Below are positions 40,017-53,900 of a stretch of DNA of 64,000 nt, piece by piece. The position numbers and the translations under genes are program-made. Below the pieces are notes generated by a model. It did no database searches. It saw only the letters and a program-made list of their open reading frames with translations, and had not been told where the DNA came from. Location: assembly GCF_009914755.1 (NCBI RefSeq), contig NC_060948.1. One strand, written 5' to 3'. Within the stretch, counting starts at the first letter, position 1. Every line of letters begins with the position of its first letter. The stretch comes from the human T2T-CHM13v2.0 reference genome, Homo sapiens.

Positions 40017-41420
40017 TGTCTCCCAACCCGTTGATGGCCTGTCTATGTGGCTTACCTTGGGCTGCATCGCTCTGTGTTCTTTATTTTTCTGTGAATCATG
40101 AGCCTGCAGTGGACTGGGAGGCATGCCAACATGTGCTGGCATCCAAATAACATCCGCCTGCAAAAAAAAAAAAAAAATGCCACTCTTCTAGACAGAAAAG
40201 GAGCACAAATACTAAAGGTTTCCCAGTTTGTGGAGAATGATCATCATGGGAATCCATTGTTTAGTGTTTTCTTCTAAACACTGTCACAATTTAATGAGTG
40301 GGACATTTTGATAGGTTTAAAACCATAAATTCCTGTCACAGACACCAACAAGAAAACTCTTGTCCTCTCACTTCTATCAGAGGCCTGCATGATTCCTGCA
40401 GGATGAGATACAGGCAACAGTGTCTTGCTTTTCCTGGTAATCTAGCCTCTGTTTAATGTCATCTGCATGGCCTTCTCATTGTGGAGGGGCTCTTTCATTG
40501 GGATGTTGCTGGATTGGACTGCCTTTCACCACAGATTATTTAGTGGCCAGGGATTTCAGAGATCATAAAAAATGACAGGTATTCTGGCTGCTCTCCAGGT
40601 TTTGGGCTGTTGCCTCTTTGCGGGGGCTGAGGATGTATGCACTTTGCAGGATGGTTTTGCGCCCTGTGACAGGAATCATTGAACATTGCTTGGGCTCCAG
40701 CACAAGACAGTTTGTTCTGTAGTGAGCCTTGATTTTTGTTTGCTTTCATGGGGAATCCACAGTGCCCATCAACAGCAATACTGGACACCCTTTCAAGGCT
40801 TGCCATCACCACAGCTGGACTCTGAGACACTGTCTCAACTCATTTGCACTTGTGAGAGGCCAGGCCATAGTGTGAGAACATTACTCCAACTTTGATTTGC
40901 CTTTGTCTTGGTTCTGGCTTTTCCCAGAGAGCCCTGCGAGGCTCAGGATGAAGGGAGGAATTGAGATCAAGAGCCTGGCCATCTTTCACTGACACCCACC
41001 TCTGGGGTCTCAGGTATTATTCTATCACTGAAAGAGCTGTCAACAACACAGCAGACTATATTCCAATCCCTGCTGGAACGGATTCTTGCATATAGATCTT
41101 TCTTGAATGGAGTCAGAAGAGCAGTTTCCTGTGACCACCTCACAGTAACAAAATGCTTCTGCCTCCAGCAGGACCCGACCACCGAGACAGCCTGGAGTGT
41201 TCACCAGTTTGACAGTTTTAGGGTCCTGAAGTGAGTGTTTGCAGGCAGCGTTTTTTTTTTTACACCAGCACGGCTCTGCCTTTACCATTTTCCTCTGCTT
41301 AGGTAGGGTGACAGCTCTGACAGCACTGCACCCGAGCCTCCCTCACGAATGTGCATGTGCTAGTCTTAGGGCACCAGGCCTGATTTTTGAGTTCTGGCTA
41401 GCATCACAGTGCATGCCACC

Positions 41421-41433
41421 GTTGCCTAGCAAC
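41421..41433. promoter_or_regulatory. RFX X-box motif
   Basis: GTTGCCTAGCAAC at the homologous position in another unit. Confidence 0.45.
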
Positions 41434-44400
41434 AAGTCCCTGCTACTTGGTGGAGAAGATTTCCATGAAAGTGTGTTGGTTTTGATCTCTCACCTGTCTT
41501 CTCTGTGGAATCCATGACATAACCCACATTCCTAGGAGGGGGCAGACGTGAGCCAGCTTGAAGAGACATCAAGCACAGCCCCAGGAATAAACCATAATAT
41601 CCCTAAGGATGCAAAAGATCTTCAGGATTCCTCAGGACAGCCTAGATGTTGTAGGGGTGAGTCTTTTTGAAACTTGCCTCATAGTGATTTCTAGGTACAG
41701 CCCAAATGTTTTTTTGGGTTGCTGTCTCCAAGATGGGGATTCCCACAGAACCATGCAGCCTCAGGAGCTGCCAGTGTGTGTTTATCTGTGGGAGTGTTGT
41801 GAGTGTTGTTTGTGTGTGTGTGTGGCATTGTGTGTGTGTGTATGTGCCTGTAAGTGGAGTATGCTTAAAATAATGTGGCTAATGCACTTCAGCGCTTCTT
41901 TTTTTGAGTATCCCAACATTCTGTTGGGTGGTCAGTGTGGCTCTGCTTGGGCTGTGGGGCTCCATGTTCTTTATTTTTCTGTGGATCATGAATCTGCAGT
42001 GAATTGGGAAGCAAGTTGAAACACATGGGCATTCAAGTTACCTCCCCCTGCAAAAAAATGCCACTCTTCTAGAAAGAAGAGGAACACACCACAGCAAAAA
42101 TAAGACATCTTCCAGTGTTTTGTTGTCCTGTGGTGAACCCAGGGAGAAAATATAGCAGTACTGTCTGCAAAGCCGCTTGACTTTACCTCGTATATGGGTC
42201 ACAGCTGAGCACGTGTTTCATGTCGTGAGTGGGCACTCCAACATCGCCTTGAGATTTCATCCTGGAACATAGAGGGTGAGCAGCAATAAGTTCAGGTAGG
42301 GTTGAGGATACAATCTGGTGAGTGGTTCATGGGGTCCCACAATATCTCTGCAAAAAAATAAATAGATAAGTAAATGAAGACAGATGACCCAGAAGGTGCT
42401 TCCAACTCCATAGCTAGTTGTTCAGTTGGCAGTACTCCAACGAGCAGGGAACATTTCAAGAGCAAACTGGGGCCATCCTTGTAAACTCCCACTATGTGGG
42501 CTTTTATATCCGGAGCCAAAGGAGAGTGTATTGGATTGATGCTGGATAGGATGTGGCCTATATACTTACCTCTTCTTTTTCTGCCTTTCATGTTGCTCTT
42601 CAGCCTAGGGTTTTCTGGGTCTGAATCCACGTCTTCCAAACTAAAACTTTCTGAGTTCACAGAGGAAGACCCTCATGGAAATCCACTGCGTGAGTGTTTC
42701 TTTCTAAACTGTCAAGTTTTAATGACTGGGCAGCTGTGATACTTGTAAAAACTTAAATTCCTCTTACAGCCACCAACATGGAAATTCTTGTTCTCCCACT
42801 TTTATCAGAGGGCTGCATGATTCCTGTAGGAGGATATGCAGGCAGTCGTTCTGCATTTGCCTGGTAATCTTGGCTTTGTTTCACTTCATCTGCACGTCCT
42901 TCTTCGCTGTGGAGTGGATCTTTCATTGGATCTTGCCGGATTGGACTGCCTCTCACTACAGATCTTTTGGCTACCAGGAATTTCAGGAAGCATAAAGAAC
43001 TTTGTGTAGACTGGCTATGCCCCAGGTTTTGTGTCATCAGTCTCCTTGTGGAGGCTGATGTTGTTCACACTTTTCAGGAGGCTTTTGGGTCCTCTGACAA
43101 AAATCTTTGAACATTGCTTGAACTCCCACACAAGTCAGCTTGTTCTCCCAGATGAACCTAGATTCTTCTTTGCTTTTATGGGGGGTCCACTTTGCACCTC
43201 ATCAGCACTACTGGATAGCCTTTTCTGGCTTGCTATCACCACAGATGCCTCTGATACACTGTCACAACCTCATCTGCACCCATGAGAGGCCAGTTTGAGG
43301 TGTGGGAACAATACTTTATCTTGGACTTGCTTTTGTCGTGGTTTCTGCCTCTCCCGGAGAGTCCCTGATAGGTCCAGGATGATGGGAGACAGTGAGGTCA
43401 AGGGGCCAGCCATCTTTTGCTCACACCTGCCTCTTGGGTCTCAGCAATGATTCCATCACCAAAGGACCCATCAAAAACTCACCAAAGGGCATTCCAATCC
43501 CCATGGGAATGGAATCTTGCACACAGCCTCTCTGGGGAATGAAGGCAGAGATGCAGATTACAAAGGCCAGTTCAGTCTCAAAGCGACTCCTCCTTCAGTG
43601 GAACCTGACCTCAGAGACTGCCAAAATGGCCCTATGGTCTAGACTTTTTCGATCTGGCAGTGGGTTATCACAGGTAGTATTTTTGGCCATGCCAGGCCAG
43701 CTCTGCCTGTACCAATTTCCTCTGCTTAAGCAGGCTGACAGCTCTGAGAGCCAGGTGCCTGATCCTTCCTCAAGAATGCACAGTCACCTGTCTCTGTGGT
43801 ATCCACGGGATTGTCCCATGATCCTAGCCTGGAGAAACATCAACCACAGCTCCAGGAATACACTGCAAAATCCCTAAGGATGCAAAAGGATATGCTGGAA
43901 TCCTCAGGCCTGCCGAGGCATTGTAGGAGTGAGTCTTTTTGAAACTTGCCCCACTGAAATTTCTAGGTACAGTTCTCCTGTGTTTCTTGGTGTTGCTCTC
44001 TCCCAAGTTGGGATTCCTGCAGAATCACGCAGCCACAGGAGCTATCCAACTTTTTTTTGTGTGTGGGAGTGTTGTGAATCTTGGATGTCTGCCTGTGTGT
44101 GTGGCATTGTGTATTTGTTTGTGTGTGTTTGTGTGCCTGTAAGTGGAGACTGCTTAAAATAATGTGGCTAATGCACTTCAGTGCTTCATTTTTTTTTTTG
44201 TCTCCAAACCTTTCTGGTGGAGTGTTGCAAGTGTTGGATGTCTGAATGCGTGTGTGGCATTGAGTGTTTGTGTATATGCGTGTGTGTGATTGTATGTGCA
44301 GTCTGCTTAAAGGAATGTTGCTAACGCACTTCAGTGCTTCCTTTTTTTGTGTCTACCCAACTTCTGTTGGCTTGTCTGTGTGGCTCTGCTTGGGCTGTGG

Positions 44401-47400
44401 GGCTCTTTCCCAGGTGGTGTTTCCTGCACAACAATGCATCCTGAGTAGTTTCTGGGTTGGGTATTTCTGTAGGAGTGTCGCAAATGTTGGATGTCTGTGT
44501 GTGTGTGGCATTGTGTGTGCCATAAAAACCACCATTCTAGAAAGAAGAGGAGCACACAACACCAAAAAATAGATATCTTTCAGTGTTTTATTGTCCTTTG
44601 GCAAACCCAGGAGAGACATTAGCAGTCCTGTCCACAGGGTCTCTTGAATTAACCTCGAATTCCCTTCCCAGCTGAACAGGTGATTCACATCTTGCTGGGG
44701 TGGGGGGCACATTTTAAAAATCATTTTGGGATTTCACCCTAGGACATAGAGTGTGGATAGCATTAAGTTCAGACAGAGGTAAAGATACAATCTTGTGAGG
44801 GGTGCATGGGGTGACAAAACTTTACCTGCAAGAAAAATGAAGACAGATGACACAGAAGGTGCTTTCAGCCTCATCGCGTAGTGTTCAGTTGGAAGTACTC
44901 CAACGGGCAGGGAACATTTGAATTGCAAACTGGGGATATCCTGGCAAACTCCGGATTTGAGGGCTTTCATACCCGCAGCCAAATGGGAGTGAGATGGATT
45001 GATGATGGGTAGGATGTGGCCTTCACACTTGCCTATTCTTTTTCTGACTTCCTTATTTCTTGTGGGCCTAGGGTTTCCTGGGTCTGGCTCTAAGTCTTTC
45101 ACACTAAATGTTTCCCATTTTGCGGAGGACGACCCTCATGGGAATCCATTGCTTGAGTGTTTCCTTCTAAACACTGTGACATTTTAATGAGTGGGCAGCT
45201 GTGATACCTTTAACATGATAAATTCCCATTACAGCCACTGACAAGGAAACTGTTTTTCTCCCACTTATATCAGAGGGCTGCATGATTCCTGTAGGATGAG
45301 AAGCAGGCCATCGTGCCTGGCTTTTAACTGGTAAACTAGACTCTGTTTCATTTCAGTTGCACGTCCTTTCTCATCATGGAGGGTGTTGCTGGACAGGACT
45401 GCCTCTTGCCACAGATCTTTTGGCTGCCAGGGATTTCAGGGACCAAAAGAGACTTTGAATAGGATTGCTGTGCTCCAGGTGGTGGGTCATGGTCTCCATC
45501 TGGGGGCTGAGGTTGTTTGAATTTTGCAGGAGGATTTTGGGTCCTCTGATGGAAATCTTGGAACGTTGCTAGGCCTCCAGCACAAATCAGCTCATTCTCT
45601 CAGGAGAGCCTTCATTTTTCACTCCTTTCATGTGTGGTCCACTGTGTCCCTCAAAAGCACTACTGGATACTTTTTCCAGGCTGGCAATCACCACAGAGGG
45701 CATGTGAGACATTGTCTCAACATCATCTGCATGCATGATAGGCCTTTTGGAGGTGTGAGAATGGAGCTCCACTTTGGACTTTCCTTTGTTGGTGTTCCTG
45801 GCTTTCCCAGAGAGTGGCAGTGAGGCCCAGTGTGGAGGGAGACAGTGAGGTTAAGGACCCAGTCATCTTTCACTGACAACCACCTCTGGTGTCTCAGCTA
45901 TGATTCCATTAACTAAAGATCCCTCAACAACACACTAGCCTATATTCCAATCCCCAGGGGACTTGATTCTTGCACACAACCTCTTTCATAAATGGAGTCA
46001 GAAGAGAATTTTTCAGTAACCACCTCAGCATCTCGAAACACCTCACCTTACTGTGTGACCCAGCCACAGAGGTGTCCTGAAGATGTTCTCAGGTGGAGAC
46101 TTTTAGGGTCCCGCCTTAGCTTATTGCAGGCTGCCTTTTTCCTGCTCCCAAACATTCTCTGCCTGTACCATTTTCCTCTGCTTAGGCAGTCTGACAGCTC
46201 TGACATCCAGATGCCAGAGTTGGCTTCATGAATATCCATGTGCTTGTCTCAGGGCACAAGGCCTGAGCTGTGGTCTCTGGCTAGAGTCACAATGAATGCC
46301 ACCTTTGCCTAGTGACAACTCCTGCAGCTTCACAGAAAAGGAGACCTCCATGGAGGTGCTTTGGTGTTGGACTTTCCCTTGTTTTCTTTGTGGGATCCAA
46401 GGAACAGTCCCATGATCCTAAGAGATGGTACAGTGAGCCAGCCTGAAGAAATGTCAAGGAGAGTCCTAGAAATAGACTGAGAAATCCCTACACATACAAA
46501 AAGATCTGCACAATGCCGCAGGCTTGCCTAGAGGTTGTAGGATGAATCTTTTTGAAACTTACCCCACTGTGATTTCTAGGTACAGCCGAGCTGTTTTCCC
46601 TAGGTTTATTCCTCCAGGTGGAGCTTCCTGCAGAACCAGGCAGCCTCAGAAGCAGCCAGGCTGTGTTTCTGTGGAAGTGTTTTGCAAGTGTTGGATGTCT
46701 TCACGTGTTTGTGGCTTAGAGTGTGTGTGTGTGTGTGTGTGCACGCGCGTTTTTATGTGTGTGCCTGTAAGTGGAATCTCCTTAAAGGAATGTGGCTAAC
46801 GAATTTCAGCACTTTTTTTTTTTTGAGTCTCAGAAACTTTTGGTGGCCTCTCTGTGTGGGTCTGCTTGGGCTCCAGAGGTCCATGTTCTTTATATTTCTG
46901 TGGACTATTAATCCGCAGTGAATTTGAAGGTGAGCTGATACATGTGGGCATCCAAGTCACCTCACCCTGCAAGAAAATTGACTCCTTTAGAAAGAAAAGG
47001 GGCACACCACACCAAAAAAGAGGCATCTCTCAGTGTTTTATTTTCCTGTGGCCAACCCACAGAGAGACAATAGCAGTCCTGTCTGCAGGTCCCCTTGAAT
47101 GTACCTTGAATTCGGTTCCCAGCCCAGCAGGTGCTTCACGTCATGAGGAAACACTCCTCCATCATTTTGGGATTTCCTTCTGTGAAATAGATTGTGAACA
47201 AGTCAGATAGGAGTGAAGATACAATTTGGTGAAGAGTAAATGGTGTCCTGCAACTTCACCTGCCAAAAAAAAAAAAAAAAAAATGAAGGCAGATGACACA
47301 GAAGTGGTTTCCCACTCCATCCCCACATTCTTTTAATTGCACAAGCAGTCCACGCAATGGCCTGGTGTTCAAGTGGAGTCCTGCAACGTGCCAGGAAAAG

Positions 47401-50400
47401 TTGGAGTGCAAATTGGGGCCATTCTGACAAACTCCAGATTTGGGGTTTTTCATACCTGGAGCCAAATGGGACTGGAAAGGACTGATGCTGAATGGGGATG
47501 TGGCCTTCATGTTTGCCTCTTCTTTCCCTGACTTCCATGTTCCTTGTCAGCCTATGGTTTCCTGAGTCTGGCTTAATCACTTGCACGCTAAAGGTTTCCC
47601 CCTGCACGGAGAACGACCCTCATGGGAATCCATTGAGTGAGTGTTTCTTTCTAAGCACTGTTATGTTTAAATGACTGGGCAGCTTTGATACTTTTAAAAT
47701 CATAAATTACCACTACCGCTGCCAACAAGGAAAGTCACGGTACTACATTCCTATCCCCTTGGGACCAGATTCTTGCACACAGCCTATTCCGGAAATGAAG
47801 TCAGAAGAACAGTTTCCACCCACCACTTCACAGTCTTGAAATGCCTCATACTCCAGCGGAACCCAACCACGGAGACGATAAGAAGTAGCCCTAAGGTCGA
47901 GACATTTAGAGTACCACAGGATATTACCCCAGGCAAACTTTTTCTCAGTATGAAGGCGGCTCTACTTGTACCATCTTCCTCTGCCTAGGAAGGCTGACAG
48001 CCAGTACATGAGCCATCCACACAAATGCACGTTTGCTAGTCTCAGGGCACGAGGCCTTAGTTTTGAGCTCTGGCTAGCATCACAATGAATGCCACAGTGG
48101 CCTAAGTCTACACATCTTGGCAGAGAAGGGGACCTCTGTGGAGTTGTGGATCCTCAAGATAGTTCCATGATCCTAGAAGAAGGCAGATATGAACAAGCCT
48201 GAAGAAACATCAAGCAGAGCTTCAGGAATAAACCACAAAATTCATAAGGATCTAAAAGATCTGCGGGATGTCTCAGGCATGCCTAGATGTTGTAGCAGTG
48301 AGTCTTTTGAAACCTACCCCACTTTGATTTCTAACTACAGCCCACCTGTGTTCCCCAAAGTTCCTGTCTTTCAATTAAGGCTTCCTGCAGGACCACGCAA
48401 ACTCAGAACCTGCCATGCTGTGTTCTTCTGTGGAAGTGTTGCAAGTGTTAGATATCTCCGTGTTTGTGTGGCTTTGTGTGTGTGTGTTTATGTGTTAGTG
48501 TGTGGCTAAGTGGAGTCTGCTTAATGGAATGTGGATAACACACTGCATCGCTTCCTTTTTTTGAAACTCCACACCTTTTGGTGGCCTGTTGGTGTGGCTC
48601 TGCTTGAGTTGCAGGGCTCTGTGTCCCTTATTTTTCTGTGGACTATGAATTTGCAGTGAATTAGGAGACTGTCTGAGAGAGGCATAGGTTCAAGTTACCT
48701 CCCCCTGCAAAAAAAGCCATTCTTCTAGAAAGAAGAGGAGCACATCACACCCCAAAACAATGTGTTTCATTCTGTGTTTCATTGTTCTGCAGCCAACCCA
48801 GTGTGAGAAACTAGCAGTCCTATGTGAAGGGACCTTTGAATTTACTTTGAATTCTGTTCTCAGCTGAGTAGGTGCTTCATGTCCTCATATGGCACTCCTC
48901 CATCATCTTGTGATTTCATTCTGGGACAGAGAGTGTGAGAAGTAACAAGGTAAAATAGGGGTGAGGATACAATCTGGTGAGGGGTAAATAGAGTTCAGCA
49001 CATTCTCCTGCAAAAACGGTGAAGACAGATGACACAGAAGGTACTTCCAACTGCATGCCCACATTCCCTTAATTACACAGGCAGTTCATATTATGTCCTG
49101 GTGTTGAGGTGGGAGTAATACAATGTTGAGGGAACATTTGGAGTGCAAGCTGGGGCGGTTCTAACAAGCTCCCGATTTGAGAGCTCTCATACCCTGAGCC
49201 AAATGAGAGTGGGATGTGTTGATGCTGGGTGGGATGTGCCCTGCACACTTGTCTCTTCTTTTCCTGACTTCCATGTTCCTCATCGGCCTAGGGCTTCCTG
49301 GGTCTGGCTCCACATCTTCCACACTAAGCAATTCACAGTTCATGGGGGATGACCTTCATGGGAATCCAATGCATGAGTGTTTTCTTCTAAACACTGTCAC
49401 ATTTTAAAGACTGGAAAGATGTGATAATTTTAACACTGTAAGTTTTCGTTACAGCCACCAATAAAGAAACTCTTGTTCTCCCACTTTTATCAGAGGGCTG
49501 CATGATTCCTCTAGCATGAAAAGCAGGCAGCTGTGTTGGGCTTTTGCCTGGTAATCTAGCCCCTGTTTCATTGCATCTGCCAGTCCTTTCTCAATGCGAA
49601 TGAGGTCTTTCATTGGGCTGTTGCTGGATGGGGTTGCCTCTCACCACAGACCAATTGGCTGTCAGGGATTTCAAGGATGAAAAGGGACTTTGGGTAGGCT
49701 GACTTCATCCAGGTTGTAGTTTGTGGTGTCATTGTGAGTGCTAAAGTTGTTTGCAGTCTGCAGAAGGTTTTTGGATACTCTGACTGGAATCATTGAACAT
49801 TGCTTGGATGCAAGCTCAAGGCAAGTCATTTTCTGAAGTGAGCTTTGATGTTTCTTTGCTTTCATAGGGAATCCACAGTGCCCCTCAACTGCACTACTGT
49901 TCACCAGTTTCAGGCTTGCCATCACCACAGAGGGCATCTGAGATATTGTCTGAACCTCATCTGCACCCATGAGAGACCAGATCGAGGTGAGAACACTGGC
50001 CCTCTTTGGAATTCCCTTTGTCATGGTTCCTGCCTTTTGTGGAGGGCCCCAGCAAGGCCCAGGGTGGAGAGAGACAGTGAGGTAAAGAGCCCAGCCATCT
50101 TTCACTGACACCCATCTCTGGGATCTCAGGTATAATTCTGTCACCCAAAGAACCCTCAACAACACACCAGACCAAATTCTGATTCTCATGGGATGGGATT
50201 CTTGCAAAAAGCATCCTTTCGGAATGGAGTAGGAAGAGCAGTTTCTAGTCGCCACCTCAGAGTCTCAAAATGCCTCCTCCTCCAGCAAGACTCGACCATG
50301 GAGATGGCCAGAAGGGGCCCTGAGGTCGAGACCTTGGGGTCTGACAGTGGTTTCTCATGGGAAACCTTTTTCCCAAGACCAGACTGACTTTACCTGCACA

Positions 50401-50943
50401 ATTTTTCTCTTCTTAGGCAGACTGATAGCTCTGACAGCTAGGTGCCTGTACCTGCCTCAGGAATGCATATGCACTAGTCTCAGGACACCAGTCCTCATTG
50501 TGAGCTCTGGCTAGCATCACAATGAATGTCATCATTGCCTAGAGACAAGTTCCTGCCTCTTGAGGAAGGAGACCTCCCTGTAGGTATGTCGGCTGTGGAC
50601 TCTTGCCTGTCTTCTCTGTGGGATCCAAGAGATAGTCCCATGATCCTACGAGAGAGTAGATGTGAGCCAGCCAAAAGAAACATCAAACAGAGGCCCAGGA
50701 ATAAATTGCAAAATCCCTAAGGATCCAAAAGATCTGCAGGATTCCTCAGGCCTGCCTAGATGTTGTAGGGGTGAGTCTTTTTCAAACTTGTTCCATTGTG
50801 ATTTCTAGTTACAGCCTGCATGTTCCCCTGGGTTGCTGTCTCCCAAAAGGGGATCTAGCAAAACCATGCAGCGTCAGAAGCTAACAAGCAGTGTGTTTCT
50901 TCAGGATTCTTGCAAGTGTTGGATGTCTGCCTGTGTGTGTGGT

Positions 50944-50978
<35 letters not shown>

Positions 50979-53900
50979 CTGTAAGTCACTTCTGCTTAAA
51001 GGAATGTGGCAAACACACTCCAGGGCTTCATCTTTTTTGAGTCTCCCAATCATTTGTTGGCCTGTCTGTGTGGCTCTGCTTCAGTTGTGAGGCTTTGTGT
51101 TATTTATTTTTGTGTGGATCATGAGTCTGCAGCAAATTGAGAGGTGGGCAGAGACCTGCCAATGTCCAAATCACCTGCCCCTGCAAAGAAAACCACACTT
51201 CTGTAAAGAAGAGAAGCACACCACACCAAAAAACAGACATCTCCCAGTGTTTCATTGTCCTGTGTCCCACCCAGAAAGAAACACTAGCAGTCCTCTGCAG
51301 AAACCCCTGAATTTACATCGAATTTGGCTCCCAGCTGAGCGGTTCTTCATGTCATGATGGGGCACTCCTCCTTTGTCTTGGGATATCATCCTGGGACATA
51401 GAATATGAGCAGGGAGAAATTCAGATATGGGTGAGGATACAATCTGGTGAGGAGTGGATGGGGCTCTGCAAATTCATCTGCAAAAAAAAAATAAATACAA
51501 ATGACAAAGATCCTTCTTTAAACTCCATCCCTGCATTTCCTTAATTACACAAGCTGTCCATACCTTGGCCCAGTGTTCAGGTGGGAGTACTCTAATGTGC
51601 AAAAAACATTTGGACTGCAAATTGAAGCCATCTTGGTAAACCCTGGATTTGAGGCCTTTTACACCCAGAGGCAAATGGGAGTGGAATGGGTTGATGCTGT
51701 GTGGGATGTGGCCTCCACACTGGCCTCTTCTTTTCTGACTTCCATGTTCCTCATCAGCCTAGGATTTCCTAGGCTGAGCCTAGGGTCTGACTCAACGACT
51801 TCCACACTAAACATTTCAGAATTCACAGAGAATGGGCCTTATGAAAATTCACTGTCTTACTGCCTCTTTCTAAACACTGTCATGTGTCAATGACTGTGCA
51901 GCTTTGAATTTTTTAAAACCATAAATTCTCATTACAGCCATCATAAGGAAACTGTTGTTCACCCATTTCTATCAGAGGGCTGAATGATTCCCGAAAAGTG
52001 AGAAGAAGACAGCCATGTCTGCTTTGACCTTGTAATCTAGCCTCTGTTTCACCTTGTCTGCATGGCCTTCTAATTGGGGAGGGTCTCTTTCACTGGGCTG
52101 TTGCTGAATGGAACTGCCCCTCACCACACATCTTTTGGCTGCCAGGGATTTGAGAGAGCAAAAGGGACTTTGGGTAGGCTGGCTGCACTCTAGCTTGTGG
52201 TGCTTTTCTCATTGTGGGAGCTGAGGTTGTTTACATTTTCCAGGAGGATTTTGGGTCCTCTGACAGGAATTATTGAACATTACTTGGACTCCAGCACAGG
52301 GAAGCTTGTTCTCTCAGGTGAGCAGTGAATTTTTTTTTTTTTTTTGCTTTCATGGGGATTCAACAGTGCCCCTCAACAGCACTACTGGACACCCTTCTTC
52401 AGAGTTGCCATCACCACATATATCCTCTGAGACACCATCTGAATCTCATCAGCACCCCTGAGAGGCCAGTATGAGGTGTGAGAACACTGCTTTACCTTTG
52501 ACTTGCCTTGCCGTGGTTCCTGCTTTTCAAAGAGGGCCCCTGAAAGGCCCAAAATAAAGGGAGGCAATGAGGTCAAGTGCCAGGCTATCTTTTGCTCACA
52601 TCCACCACTGGGGTCTCAGGTATGAATCTATCACTTAAAGAACCCTCAACAACACACCAGACAATATTCCAATCACCATGGGACCCATTTCTGGCACACA
52701 GCCTCTTTTGGGAATGGATTCAGAAGGTTTCCAGTGACCACCTCACAGTCTGGAAACACCTCCTCCTCCAGTAGGACCTGACCAGAGAGATGGCCAGAAA
52801 GGGTCTTTAGATTGAGAGTTTTAGGGTCCTGCAGTGGGTTTTCACAGGCAGCATTTTTCTCAATACCGGCCAGCTCTGCCTGTATTATTTTCCTCTGCTT
52901 TGGTAGGCTGACAGGTCTGACAGCCAGGTGCCCAAGCCTGCCTGCCTCATGAATGTGCATGCACAAGTCTCAGGGCACCAAGACTGTTACTGAGCTTTAG
53001 TGAGCATCCCAATGATTGTCATTGCTGGCTAGTGACAAGTCCCTTCATCTTGGCAGAGAAAAAGACATACATGGAGCTGCGTGGTTGGTGAACTCTCATC
53101 TGTCTTCTCTGTGGAATCCACAGGATAGTCCCATGAGCCTATGAGAGGGCAAATGAGAGCCGTCCTGAAGAAACGTCAACCACAGCACGAGGAATAAACC
53201 TCAAAATCCCTAAGGATCCAAAAAAATCTGAAGGATAACTTAGGCCTGCCTAGACTTTGTAGGTGTGAGTCTTTTTGAAAGTTGCAGCACTGTGATTTCT
53301 AGGAACAGCCCACCTGTATTCCCTGGGGTTGCCTATCCCAGGTTAGCTTCTTGCAGAACCACAAAACCACAGGAGCTGACAAACTGTGTTTCTGAAAGAG
53401 TGTTGTGAGAGTTGGATGTTGGCATGGGTGTGTGACATTGTTTTGTGTGTGTGTGTGTGTGTTTGTAAGTGGAGTTTGCTTAAAGAATGTGGCTACTACA
53501 CTTCAGCGCTTGGTTTTTTTTGAGTCTTGCAAACTTTTGGTGGCCTGTCTGTGTGGCTCTGCTTGGGCTGTGGGGCTCCATGTTATTTATTTTTCTGTGG
53601 ATCATGAATCCGCAGTGAACTGAGAGGTGGGCTGAGACCTGCCAGTGTCCAAGTCACCTGCCACTGCAAAAAAAAAAAAAAAAAAGCCACCCTTCTAGAA
53701 TGAAGAGGAGCACACCACACCAAAAAACGGGCATACCACGAATTCAGTTTCACTGCTGAGCAGGTTCTTCAGGTCATGAGAGGGCACTCCTCCATCATCT
53801 GGGCATTCATCCCAGGACATACAGTATGAGCAGGAATAAGGTCAGATAGGAGTGAGGATACAATCTGGTGATGGGTGGAGGGAGCCCCAGAACTTCATCT

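Noticed and set aside
39717-40163. Lys/Glu/Arg-rich and Ser/Phe/Leu-rich ORFs
   Set aside because: Translations of the CTTT/CCTT microsatellite.
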